Numbered from the stretch's first letter, positions 1 through 14,959 are shown. The stretch is DNA of 64,000 nt from Alphaproteobacteria bacterium (GCA_964291265.2 OZ219747.1:3808001-3872000), one strand, 5' to 3'. A program made the numbers and translations. Notes: generated from the sequence alone by a model not told the origin.

Positions 1-291
1 GTCGTCAACATCGGCGACATGCTGATGCGCTGGACGAACGGCGAATTCGTCTCGACGCCTCACCGGGTCATCAACAGGTCGGGACGCGAGAGGGTGTCGT
101 TCCCGTTCTTCTTCGGCGCCAACCATGACTGCGTCGTCACGCCCCTTGAACGGTTCGTCAACAACGCCCGACCGGCACGCTATCAGCCGACGCGTTGCGG
201 CTGGTGGACGGAGATGATGATCACGGACGCCTACGAGTACCGCAAGGCCTGGCGCGGACGGATACCCGACCCCGAACTCGGCCCCGGCTGA
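1..291 (+). CDS. 2OG-Fe(II) oxygenase, isopenicillin N synthase family (partial, C-terminal end)
   Basis: Frame open from base 1: [25 protein letters not shown], the C-terminal H/RxS motif of IPNS-like dioxygenases. Confidence 0.85.
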   Translation, partial: VVNIGDMLMRWTNGEFVSTPHRVINRSGRERVSFPFFFGANHDCVVTPLERFVNNARPARYQPTRCGWWTEMMITDAYEYRKAWRGRIPDPELGPG

Positions 292-602
292 CAAGGCCCG
301 TTGCCCCATTGGCGACGGACGGCATCGTCCGTTGTTCCTCCTGCAGCATCGCCACGGATCGCCCTGCAACGGCTGCGGCTTTCACCATCGACAGGATGAG
401 GAGTCCAAACGAACGCCCATTCCCACCTGAGGCGCCATGTCGAAATCGGGCTCAGACGACGGAAACGTGGGATCGAGACGGAACGGGGTGAAAACTTCAG
501 CACTTGGGATGACGGTGGTGAGGGTATCGATGCCATTCAGCGGGGAGGCCCCACTCTCCTGTCCATCGTGATAGTGTGACGGGCATCGGCAGGGAGGCGA
601 TC

Positions 603-1355
603 ATGAGAACACTGACCGCGGCACTGGCGTTGATTCTGCTGTTTCTGGCACCCGCGTTCGGCGACGATGCCGAGCAGTCAACGTTGCGTATCGGGATCGC
701 TCCCGACTATCCACCCTTCGGTCACATCCTTGACGACGGACAGTTGAGCGGCTTTGACGTCGACATTGCCGTGGCGCTCTGCGCCGGGCTGGAAGTCGAG
801 TGCGCCTTCGTCCACCAGGACTGGGAGGATCTGATCCCCGGATTGCGGGCGGGCAGATATGACGCCATCGTCTCCAGCATGTCGATTACCGAAGAACGCC
901 GACGTCTGGTGTCCTTCACCGACCGGTACTACAGCAATGTCGTCCGTTTCGTGACCGGCAAGGGCTCGGGCTTCGACCCGGAAGTGCCGGCAGGGCGAAC
1001 CATAGGCGTAGCGCCTGCGACGGTCGCGTCGGACTGGCTGGAAGCCAATCTCTCGGGCATCGCCGACATAAGGCTGTTCACGGAAACCGGAGCGCCGCTC
1101 CAGGCGCTTGTCGAGGGACGCGTCGACGCGGTCATGGGCGACGGGCTCGGATTCTGGAACTGGCTGCAGAGCCCGGAGGGCGCCGGCTTCGAGTTTGCCG
1201 GCGAGGGGTATCACCTCGACGAGGGCATCGGCATTGCCGTCCGCAAGGAGGACGACACGTTGCTCCAGCGGCTGAACCGAGCACTTGGGACGATCCTGGA
1301 TGACGGCACCTACGAGACGATCAACGCCCGCTATTTCCCGTTCAGCATCTACTGA
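603..1355 (+). CDS. Polar amino acid ABC transporter substrate-binding protein (ArgT/HisJ-like)
   Basis: Signal peptide, YPPF, GFDVDIA, WEDLIPGL, SMSITEERR motifs; GGGAGG RBS before ATG 603. Confidence 0.9.
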   Translation: MRTLTAALALILLFLAPAFGDDAEQSTLRIGIAPDYPPFGHILDDGQLSGFDVDIAVALCAGLEVECAFVHQDWEDLIPGLRAGRYDAIVSSMSITEERRRLVSFTDRYYSNVVRFVTGKGSGFDPEVPAGRTIGVAPATVASDWLEANLSGIADIRLFTETGAPLQALVEGRVDAVMGDGLGFWNWLQSPEGAGFEFAGEGYHLDEGIGIAVRKEDDTLLQRLNRALGTILDDGTYETINARYFPFSIY

Positions 1356-2569
1356 TCGATTCCCTGCTCAGCACCTGGCCCGGCGGACCAAGCTTCCGGT
1401 CATGGGCAGAGTCGACGTGGCCTTCGAAGAGGCGGACCTGCGGGCCGTCTTCACCACCGGACGCCGGACGAAAAAGTTGCCGTTGTCGAGGCCGCCGAAG
1501 CGCGCGACATCTTCCTCCGGCGGCAGCTCGCAGGACCACATCCGGCTTGTCACCCAGCCGCACTGGCACTCGAGACTGGCGGCATCCCCGGCCCTCTTTA
1601 ACAGCGGCGATGCAAGGTTCGATCACCGGTATGTCCACGGCCTATTCGACCTACTTGCAGAAGCCGATCTCCGGCGTGCAGCCGAGAATGAGGCTTCGGC
1701 GTTGTCCTCCTCGACCGCCTTGCGTCCGGCCGCATGCAGGCGGCGCTCGGTCTCCGCATGGTCAGTCCAGAAGTCGTTCACGCCGAGTTCCGCGTGACAG
1801 AAGCCACTGAGATTCTCACCATGGCCGTGCTCACGGACAACGGCGTTCATCCGGTTCACCCGTTCCCGCCTGCCGAGGATGATGCCGAGGCAGTTGGTGG
1901 CCAGGTTCGACACAGTCTCGCAAGAGGCAACGCAGGGGCGCTCACCCCGTCTCGCGCCCACCATGCAACCCGGTATCGCAGAAGCAACCGACAACACCGG
2001 CGCCGCCTGACGAATTGTCTGGACGATGCTGCGCGAGACGATGGTCCCGCAGGAGCGGCACTCGATGCGGGTGAAGCTCCCGTCCGGGTCGGCGCAGCCG
2101 GGGACATGCACTTCGGTGTTCGGCAGTTTGCAGCCATGCGCAACCTCGGCCAACACGGAATGATAATCGTCGGAGCCGACCGGGCTGAGGACCATGAGCT
2201 TGATGAGGCATTGGCTTTCATGCGGTCCTCGTGTTGTCTGGATCGGCTGGCCCGGATAACTCGACGACCAGACCACGCCGTAAACCTCCCGGGCCCGTTC
2301 GACGCCGATGAGGCCGTTGTCCGTGTCATGCGCGGTGAGCTCGAGCCCCGCGCGACCAGCGAACGCCGACAGGCACGGATGGCCGAGCGCGTTGCGCCAA
2401 CCGATGCGCTCGCAAAGCTCACGGGCGGGCCAGACCGTGACGAACTGTCGTCGGCGGAGCGCAACGCGCCGGCGAACCAGTCAAGCGTCTGCGAATCGAA
2501 ATGGCGGAGGCCGACCTGGATGCCCGCAGCATGCACGAAACAGATCAACTACAGGTGTCCTGGAACTTT

Positions 2570-2850
2570 GAAGACCGGGAACGGGTGTTTCCCGTGTCGG
2601 CATACGGAATGAAGCCGGGTTGCCTCGCCTTCGCATCCACGACTGACGACACACCTGGGTACGCACAGGGCGTCATCATGAACGGCGTCGAGCTCAACAC
2701 GGTCGGACGGTTGCTCGTACCCGCCAGCGCGAGACCACCGCAATCTACATCCATCTCGGCGATGGCGCGCTGCGCGAAGCAACCCTAAAAACAGCAACTG
2801 TTGTCGTGTGCGCCATGGGGTACAAGGCGGAGGCGCCTCCAATGCCGGAT
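2570..2850 (+). pseudogene. Tyrosine recombinase/integrase C-terminal remnant
   Basis: Joining frames gives GLPRLRIHD*RHTW..QGVIMNGVELNTVGRLL..RQRETTAIYIHLGDGALREA, i.e. HxxRH box plus catalytic Tyr, with a stop and frameshifts. Confidence 0.75.
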
Positions 2851-3094
2851 GCGCCGGCTCTGGACTGGTTGTGACCTCGATCCCATTGCCCGTTGACCGG
2901 ACGACAGGGAGCCATCTGGCTCATGAACCGCTATCATGTTGATCCGCCGCGCAGCGCCGGCTACGTAAAGGGTGCCCACAGCATTCTGCGGGACAGTCAA
3001 CCGCTCGGGCCGCGTCGGACAAGCTCTATGTGGCGTTCATGGGGCCGGCCGGGCAAACTGCGTCTTTGTGGGTAAAGTAACGGTCTGGGACCAC

Positions 3095-4647
<1,553 letters not shown>

Positions 4648-4651
<4 letters not shown>

Positions 4652-4899
4652 GCATGGCGGTCGCGGGAATCATCGACCTGCCTGGCGGCTGTCCGCCCGC
4701 GCTTCGTGTCATGGTGGACGGATACGAAGAGGGTTACAACGATCTGTCTCACGAGTGCATGATTGTGAAAAGAAACCACCTCGATACGGGAACGGGATCC
4801 TGGCAGGAAAGGCACGATGACCCGGAAGGGTTGCCCTGCGGGAAGCCGGATGCGGCCGGAACCGTTGAGGCTCTGGTCTTGCGCCGCTCTTCCTGGTGA
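4648..4899 (+). CDS. Small hypothetical protein (83 aa) translationally coupled to hsdM
   Basis: ATGA overlap with hsdM stop; [18 protein letters not shown] resembles small phage/mobile-element hypotheticals. Confidence 0.5.
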
Positions 4900-4921
4900 A
4901 AGCTGTGCCGAAGGGCTGTTC

Positions 4922-5338
4922 ATGATCGATTACGGAAAATTCGAGTTGTCCCTGAAACGCTTGGAGGAGCAACATGACAACTACCAGTCGCTGGACGAAG
5001 GACTTTCAGAACTGACTCGGGAAGGGGTCGCCGAATCGGTCATTCAGCGCTTCGAGACCTGCTACGACTTCTTGTGGAGGGTGTTGAAAAGATACCTTAT
5101 CGAGAAACTCGGTATTGCCGAAGTGCCCAACAGTCCCAAGCCTCTCTTGCGGCTTGCACATGAAAACAATCTGTTCGCTTCTCCCCTGGAAGATTGGCTT
5201 GAATATGCGGAAGCGCGTATCAGTACGTCGCACGACTATGACGGCAAGAAAGCGAAAGCCTGCCTGGCATTGGTGCCCGCGTTCATCGAGGATGCCATAG
5301 GCCTTTGCCAGACGGTGACCGAGCAAACATGGGAATAG
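4922..5338 (+). CDS. HEPN-domain protein (HI0074/HepT-like toxin; nucleotidyltransferase substrate-binding family)
   Basis: VIQRFETCYD, SPKPLLRLA, and RISTSHDY = RX4HXY HEPN motif. Confidence 0.9.
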   Translation: MIDYGKFELSLKRLEEQHDNYQSLDEGLSELTREGVAESVIQRFETCYDFLWRVLKRYLIEKLGIAEVPNSPKPLLRLAHENNLFASPLEDWLEYAEARISTSHDYDGKKAKACLALVPAFIEDAIGLCQTVTEQTWE

Positions 5339-6945
5339 ACGTCTCCATCGACATCACCGCCGGGCAACGCGCAGACATTTTGGCCTTGCTCGAACGCCAC
5401 CTTCCGGACACCAAAGCCTGGGCGTACGGCTCCCGGGCCAGGTGGACCTCTCGCCCCCAGTCCGACATCGACATGGTGGTGTTCGCGACACCCGAACAGA
5501 AGCGCGCCGTTTCCGCCCTCCGGGAAGCGTTCGAGGAAAGCAGTCTTCCATTCCGGGTTGATCTGTTCGTCTGGGACGACGTGCCGAACTCTTTCCGTAC
5601 TCAAATTGAGCGAGACCATGTGGTTCTGGCAGACAATAATAAGACGAAGCGAAAGGAGTTTTTTCACCCTTTGTTTCCGCCACACTGGCAGTCTCGTTCT
5701 CTCCATTCCATGGCGACCTGGGTCAATGGAATTGCATTCCGAAACATCCAATTCTCTGAGACCGGGCGACCAGTCATCAAGATCGTCGAGCTCAAGGGAG
5801 GTATCAGTGGACAAACAAAATTCACTCAGCAGACATTTGATGAATCGATCTTGGTGCGGTCAGGCGACTTGCTTTTCTCCTGGTCTGGGCAACCAGAGAC
5901 ATCCATCGATGCATTTTGGTGGAAAGGCCCGGAAGGTTGGTTGAATCAGCATGTGTTTAAGGTTACCCCAAATGCGGAGCTTCATGTTGTCTTCTTTTAC
6001 TATATCCTGCGTTATCTGAGGCCGAACTTTGTCGACATCGCACGAAATAAGCAGACGACGGGTCTCGGTCATGTAACCAAGCGCGACCTCGAGAACATTG
6101 AAGTTTCTCAACCATCCCTCCCCGAACAGCGTGCGATCGCGGGCATCCTCGGCGCGCTGGACGACAAGATCGCCTTGAACCGCCGCATGAACGAGACGTT
6201 GGAGGCCATGGCGCGGGCAATCTTCAAGGACTGGTTCGTCGATTTCGGACCGGTCCGGGCGAAGATAGAAGGGCGCGCCCCTTACCTCGTTCCCGAACTG
6301 TGGGAACTATTTCCCGATGCGCTGGACGGCGACGGCAAGCCGGTCGGGTGGACGAGACTGCCTCTCGACAAGATCGCAAACTTCTTGAATGGTCTGGCTC
6401 TTCAAAAGTTTCCTGCTTTGGACCCTGGCGACAGTTTACCGGTCATCAAAATCGCAGAGTTGCGTGCAGGCATAACGTCCAAGTCTAGCCGGACCTCATA
6501 CGATATTCCAAACAGGTATATCGTGAGGGATGGTGACTTCTTGTTCTCTTGGTCGGGCAGCCTTCTTGCAAAGTTCTGGACCGAAGGAGAAGGAGCTCTA
6601 AACCAACACCTCTTCAAAGTGACTTCAGAGAGATTTCCACCATGGTTCGTCAGCCAGTCGGTCCTCCATCACTTGGAAGAGTTTCGGGCTATAGCAGCCT
6701 CGAAGGCAACAACCATGGGTCACATTCAACGACGGCACCTGAAGGAGGCAACAACGACTTTCCCCTCTGATGGCGTCCTTTCCTTGCTTGGCCCGTCGAT
6801 TGGTCCGCTGATAGAACACACCATCAAGAATAAGCTGGAGAGCCAAAAGCTTGCAGAAACGCGCGATCTTCTTCTTCCGAAGCTGATGTCCGGCGAAATC
6901 AGCCTTCGGGATGCGGAGCGCGCTGTGGAGGCGGTTGCGCCATGA
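5329..6945 (+). CDS. hsdS: Minimal nucleotidyltransferase (MNT/MntA-like) domain fused to type I R-M specificity subunit S
   Basis: N-terminal AYGSRARWTSRPQSDID (GSX10DXD) and SSLPFRVDL; then TRD1, EQRAIAGILGALDDKIALNRRMNETLEAMARAIFKDWFVDF, TRD2, LAETRDLLLPKLMSGEI, all in one open frame. Confidence 0.92.
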   Translation: MGIDVSIDITAGQRADILALLERHLPDTKAWAYGSRARWTSRPQSDIDMVVFATPEQKRAVSALREAFEESSLPFRVDLFVWDDVPNSFRTQIERDHVVLADNNKTKRKEFFHPLFPPHWQSRSLHSMATWVNGIAFRNIQFSETGRPVIKIVELKGGISGQTKFTQQTFDESILVRSGDLLFSWSGQPETSIDAFWWKGPEGWLNQHVFKVTPNAELHVVFFYYILRYLRPNFVDIARNKQTTGLGHVTKRDLENIEVSQPSLPEQRAIAGILGALDDKIALNRRMNETLEAMARAIFKDWFVDFGPVRAKIEGRAPYLVPELWELFPDALDGDGKPVGWTRLPLDKIANFLNGLALQKFPALDPGDSLPVIKIAELRAGITSKSSRTSYDIPNRYIVRDGDFLFSWSGSLLAKFWTEGEGALNQHLFKVTSERFPPWFVSQSVLHHLEEFRAIAASKATTMGHIQRRHLKEATTTFPSDGVLSLLGPSIGPLIEHTIKNKLESQKLAETRDLLLPKLMSGEISLRDAERAVEAVAP

Positions 6946-8126
6946 TCACGGACGAAGACATCAGCCGCCAACTCCGCCTGGGTGAGGACAGCCAGTGGGA
7001 ATTCAAGCGGGTCGAGTTCCGTGGCGACATACCGACCAGCCCACGCAGAGACGATTGGGCGGATGAACTGGGCGCGTTCGGCAACGCGGACGGCGGGACA
7101 TTGCTCTGTGGAGTGTCCGACGATGGAACAGTCCAAGGCATGTCGCGGGAGCAGATGGCGGCGCTGGATCACCTTCTTGTGGAGGTCAGCACCGACGCCC
7201 TTGAGCCGCCGCTGCGCATCGGCGTCCACCATAGGGAACTGAATGGCAGAGCATTCCTGCTGGTCGCAGTTCCACGCGGCGAAGCCCTGCATGAACGGAA
7301 CGGGCAGGCATTCGTCCGGGTCGGTGCGACCAAGCGGCGTCTGCGCAGGGACGAAGGTCTGAGGCTGGCGCAGAAGCGCGCGCAGAACCGCTACCTGTGG
7401 TTCGACAAGCAGAGTGTTCCCGAAACCGGCTTCGAGACACTCAGCGAACGCCTGTGGGAGCCGTTGCTCAGCGTGACGGCGGCGGCGGATCCACGGCGGG
7501 GACTGCGCAATCTCCGCCTGCTGGCGCAGGATGAAGCGGGCGTTGATCGAGCCACCGTGGCCGGCATTCTGCTTTGCACTCCTTCTCCGCATGACTGGTT
7601 GCCGCAAGCGACCATCGCGGCAACGCACTATCGCGGACTGGATCGCGCCTCGGGCCAGCTGGACGCGCAGGAGATTGCCGGACCGCTCCCCGAACAGATC
7701 GCGGACGCGGTCCGGTTCGTCGTTCGCAACATGCGTGTTTCCGCCCGCAAGACTCCGCAACGGGAAGATGTTGTCCAGTACAGCAAGGCCGCCGTGTTCG
7801 AGGCGGTGGTCAACGCGGTGGCGCACCGCGACTACTCCATGTCGTCCCGCAGGATCCGGCTCTCCATGTTCAAGGATCGCCTGGAGATCGATTCGCCCGG
7901 CGAGCTTCCGAACGGCATGACCATCGAAGGCATGGAGGACAGTCAGGCCACGCGCAACGAGGTGATCGCATCCGTGTTCGGGCGCGTCCCCGTCGCCAAT
8001 GTGGCCGGGTCCGGTCGTCGCAGGTACCTGATGGAACGCCGCGGGGACGGCGTGTCGATCATCCGCGCGGAAACCCAGGAGGCCACCGGTTTGCCGCCGG
8101 AATACAGATTGGTTGATGAATCGTAA
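6942..8126 (+). pseudogene. Schlafen/AlbA_2 + HATPase-like protein, N-terminal part (interrupted by IS66)
   Basis: GEDSQWEFK..GAFGNADGGTLLCGVSDDG (AlbA_2) and EAVVNAVAHRDY..RLEIDSPG (HATPase_c_4-like); stop codon comes from the IS end. Confidence 0.85.
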
Positions 8127-8366
8127 CTACTCACCCCCTACTGATGACGGATCGTTTTTCCTGACGGGTTCGGATTCGGCATTTTCTCTTGCCGCCTTCA
8201 CTTGCTCGCTGCCGATGATCGGATGTGCGTGTTCCGACTGACAAGAAGCGGATCGATCTTCGGCTTCAGCTCCACGTTCCGGCCTTACATAACCAGGTTT
8301 TGTCCCCGTGATGATGCAATCATCCACAGCGGTTGGCTGCCTTTCCAATCCTCTGGAGATATGCGC

Positions 8367-8395
8367 TTGACATTGTAGGAGGGGCACTCTACATG
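8367..8395 (+). promoter_or_regulatory. Putative sigma70 promoter for the IS-borne methyltransferase-transposase operon
   Basis: TTGACA-N17-TACATG, 35 bp upstream of ATG 8430. Confidence 0.45.
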
Positions 8396-8429
8396 CTGGC
8401 CATCGGGGCGGTTTGCGTCGGAGATATTG

Positions 8430-9104
8430 ATGGCGGCATGGTACGGATCGAAGGCGACGACGGGTCTGAGCCAGGCGATCGTCGCGGCCATGCCGCCGCA
8501 TGACGTGTACATCGAGGCGTTCCTTGGGGGCGGCGCGATCATGAAGCGCAAGCCTCCGGCGCTACGCAGCATCGGCATTGACCTCAACCGCCGGGCGATC
8601 GACAGCTTCCGCTGTGACTATCCGGTGGAGCTTCACCAAGGCTGCGCCCTGCGTTTTCTCGAGACCTTCGCCTTCCAGGGCCGCGAGCTGGTCTACTGCG
8701 ACCCGCCTTACGTGCAGTCGACGCGCCGGTCGCAGCGCCGCTACCGCTTCGACTGCACGGACGACGACCATGTTGCGCTCCTTGACATCCTGACGTCGCT
8801 GCCCTGCCAGGTGATGATCTCCGGCTATCCCTCGCGGCTCTACGACACGCACCTCGCCGGCTGGCGCTCGGCCGAGGTCCAGGTCAACAACCAGGCCTGC
8901 GTTGTCACCGAGAAGCTGTGGTTCAACTTTGCACCGGGCCGGCCGCACTGGCACACGTGTGCGGGCAGGAACTCGATCGACCGCCAGCGCATCAAGCGCC
9001 TCGCAGAGAGCTGGGCGCGGCGCTACCGGACGATGCCCGAAGGCGAGCGGCTCGCCGTGCTGGCGGCTGTCATGGCGGTGGAGGCGTCGTCATGGCGAGC
9101 GTGA
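8430..9104 (+). CDS. Dam-like (D12 class) N6-adenine DNA methyltransferase
   Basis: WYGSK, YIEAFLGGGA (motif I), VYCDPPY (motif IV), VMISGY, TEKLWFNF. Confidence 0.9.
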   Translation: MAAWYGSKATTGLSQAIVAAMPPHDVYIEAFLGGGAIMKRKPPALRSIGIDLNRRAIDSFRCDYPVELHQGCALRFLETFAFQGRELVYCDPPYVQSTRRSQRRYRFDCTDDDHVALLDILTSLPCQVMISGYPSRLYDTHLAGWRSAEVQVNNQACVVTEKLWFNFAPGRPHWHTCAGRNSIDRQRIKRLAESWARRYRTMPEGERLAVLAAVMAVEASSWRA

Positions 9105-10570
9105 ACGGCACGTCTGTGCGCCAGGAGGCCGACGTCTTCCAGAAGCAGTTCCAGGATCTCCGCAAGCAAGGCAAGGTCAACCAGGAGTGCGAGGAGCTCT
9201 TCCGCGGCATGCTGATGCTGATAAAGCTGTTGCTGACCGTGCTCATGGAGAAGATCACACGTAAGACAAGCCGGAACTCCGGTCTGCCGCCATCGCAGAC
9301 TGACAAGGACGAGAGCGCGAGGCGCACCGGGAGCAACGGCAAGGGCCCGAAACCGAACCAGCAGACGGGCGACAACCTGCGCACGACCACCATCGAGGAG
9401 ACGATCACCGTCGATGCCTGCGACGCCTGCGGCGCCGACCTCCACGATGTCGACCCCGTCGACCGGGAGTGCCGCGTCCTCTACGACATCGTGTTCGAAG
9501 TCGTCGAGCGCCGCGTCGAAGCCGAGATCAAGGAATGCCCGAAGTGCCGGGCCCGGACCAAGGGCCGGTTCCCAGACAACATGCCGGGCCCCCTGCAGTA
9601 CGGCGTCAGCATCCAGGCCCTCGTCATCAACCTGCTGATCGCCCAGATGCTGTCCCTGCGTCGTGCCGTCTCGCTCGTGCACGCGATCTCCGGCATCAAG
9701 CTCTCCGAGGCGACCTGCCTCGGCTATGTCCGGCGCTTTCACGATGCCCTCGCATCATGGGAGGAGGCCGCCGTGGCCCATCTCCTGCAACAACCGGCCC
9801 TGCATGTCGACGAGACCGGCTTCCGGGTCGCCGGCAAGACCCAATGGCTCCATGTCGTCACCGACGGCACCCTGACGTGCAAGTTCCCGCACCCCAAGCG
9901 CGGCCGGGAGGCGATCGAAGAGATCGGCATCATCCCGCGCTACAAGGGCGTCCTGATCCACGACTGCTGGGCTGCCTACATGGGCTACGATCAATGCCGC
10001 CACCAACTGTGCGGCAGCCATCTCCTGCGCGAACTGACCTTCGTCGTCGAGTCCAACGGCTACCGCTGGGCGCGACTGATGAAAAGCCTGCTGCGCGAGG
10101 TCTCCCGCAGGGTCAACAAGAGCGCATCCAAGACCTTGAACGAGGCCGACCGCCGGGCCGTGCGCAAGCGCTACCGCACCATCCTCACCCAGGGCGCCAA
10201 GGAACTGCCCGACATCCCGCCACGGACGAAAGGAAAACGTGGACGCATCGCAAAGTCCGACGCGCACAACCTGCATGAACGTCTCGTGAAACACGAGAAG
10301 TCCGTCCTGCGCTTCATGAAGGACCCCAACGTCAGTTTCACCAACAATACCGGAGAGCAGAAGATCAGGATGACAAAGGTCAAGATCAAGGTGTCCGGAT
10401 GTTTCCGCACCATGCCCCACGCCAAAGCATGGTGCCGCGGCTCAAGCTACCTCACCACCATGGACGCACTCGGCTACAACCCTCACGTCGCCATCCACAT
10501 CGCCCTCGACGGAAAGGCCGTAGACATCCTCAACCAACACTACGGACAACCAGACCCTAACAAGGGGTGA
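9092..10570 (+). CDS. IS66-family transposase
   Basis: NSGLPPSQ, CDAC/CPKC Zn finger, LHVDETG, LIHDCW, HQLCGSHLLREL, FTNNTGEQKIR. Confidence 0.95.
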   Translation: MASVNGTSVRQEADVFQKQFQDLRKQGKVNQECEELFRGMLMLIKLLLTVLMEKITRKTSRNSGLPPSQTDKDESARRTGSNGKGPKPNQQTGDNLRTTTIEETITVDACDACGADLHDVDPVDRECRVLYDIVFEVVERRVEAEIKECPKCRARTKGRFPDNMPGPLQYGVSIQALVINLLIAQMLSLRRAVSLVHAISGIKLSEATCLGYVRRFHDALASWEEAAVAHLLQQPALHVDETGFRVAGKTQWLHVVTDGTLTCKFPHPKRGREAIEEIGIIPRYKGVLIHDCWAAYMGYDQCRHQLCGSHLLRELTFVVESNGYRWARLMKSLLREVSRRVNKSASKTLNEADRRAVRKRYRTILTQGAKELPDIPPRTKGKRGRIAKSDAHNLHERLVKHEKSVLRFMKDPNVSFTNNTGEQKIRMTKVKIKVSGCFRTMPHAKAWCRGSSYLTTMDALGYNPHVAIHIALDGKAVDILNQHYGQPDPNKG

Positions 10571-10578
10571 GTAGTTAC

Positions 10579-11142
10579 GATGAATCGAGCTTGGTGCTCC
10601 GCATTCCCGCTGCCAAGCTGGAGCTTGTTCCTGCCGATGCAACAGTCACGGTGCATTGCGGAGGTGAGCCCCTCACCGGTATCGAGGTTCTCGCGCTCTT
10701 TCCCAACAAGACCTGGGTCCGGGCGACGACCGACGAGACCGGCGCTGCGGCTCTGGACCTCTATACGACGAATTTGCCGATGACGGTCTATGCTGCCGGG
10801 TCGGGATATGCCGCCGGATTGGAACGAGCCTGGACCCCCCATCAGGGCGGCCTGCTGCTCGAACTCGAACCGCTCGAATCCGGTGGCGCCGCGATTTTCT
10901 CTCAGGACTCGGGATACCTCCCTGGCCTGCACGGACGGCTGAACCCGATACGCGATACGACCGACCGGACGTATCTGTATGCCGACAACATCGCCATCGA
11001 CGAGGGACGTCCGCAACCCGTGCCGTTTCGGCCCGGCAAACCGATACGGCTGACGGACGCCCGTGGCTCGGACTTGTCGGTCACCATCGTGGACATCCTC
11101 GGCCGGTCCGCCTTGATCGAATACGGACCGTTTGAACCGTGA
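10579..11142 (+). pseudogene. C-terminal part of the Schlafen/AlbA_2-HATPase gene (beta-rich domain)
   Basis: Removing the IS and one TSD copy restores the frame: ..EYRLVDES|SLVLRIPAAKLEL.. Confidence 0.85.
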
Positions 11143-11254
11143 CGGTCGTCAAGGCGTTCATCCGAGCCGGGAACCCGCGCTGCATGAGCCCGTACGAGAT
11201 GCTCCGCCGCGAGCGCGCAAGGTTCGTCCTGGGAGCGGGCAGAGCCGCGGCGTC

Positions 11255-14458
<3,204 letters not shown>

Positions 14459-14959
14459 TCGTCAAGTCCCTTGAGATACAGGTTCAGGCGCTCGCCGTCT
14501 GAAGCGGATCGCGCAGACCCGAAACCCATCCTTGCCCTGATGCGGAGGCCATGCATATCGACGTGACTGACGTTCGAGAGAATCGAGTGCGTCGCCACTG
14601 GGAAGGCTACAAGCATGGTACATCTCCCATCTCTCAACCCTTCGACTGCTACACCCCCATGACACCCGTGCCCAGGCCCTGCGCATCGCCAGGTTCTGCA
14701 CGGTCTGCAGCGTGCGCTGTGTCGATCGGGTCAGGGCTCTTCCTGCTCGCGCCGCTGCTCATGAAGACCGACGCGGCGCCGAGCACAAGCACTCCCGCGT
14801 CACCGAACCCGGTGTCGGCGGCGATTTAGAACGGCGGGATATTGGCGGAGAACCGCTCTTTTGAGCGCTGATCGTGTGAGTGGGTGATCACGACAGGAGA
14901 ACGTGCGGCATTGGACGAAGGTCCGCCCGGTCTTTGCTTTCTGCCTATTGTTGGATCCC

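Larger units (their letters stand above)
8123..10578 (+). mobile_element. IS66-family element (single-transposase type) with DNA methyltransferase passenger, 2456 bp
   Basis: Perfect 15-bp TIR GTAACTACTCACCCC / GGGGTGAGTAGTTAC; 8-bp target duplication GATGAATC at 8115-8122 and 10579-10586. Confidence 0.95.

Noticed and set aside
8127-8501. Minus-strand ORF in the IS66 left end
   Set aside because: No recognisable motifs and it overlaps the MTase promoter and start
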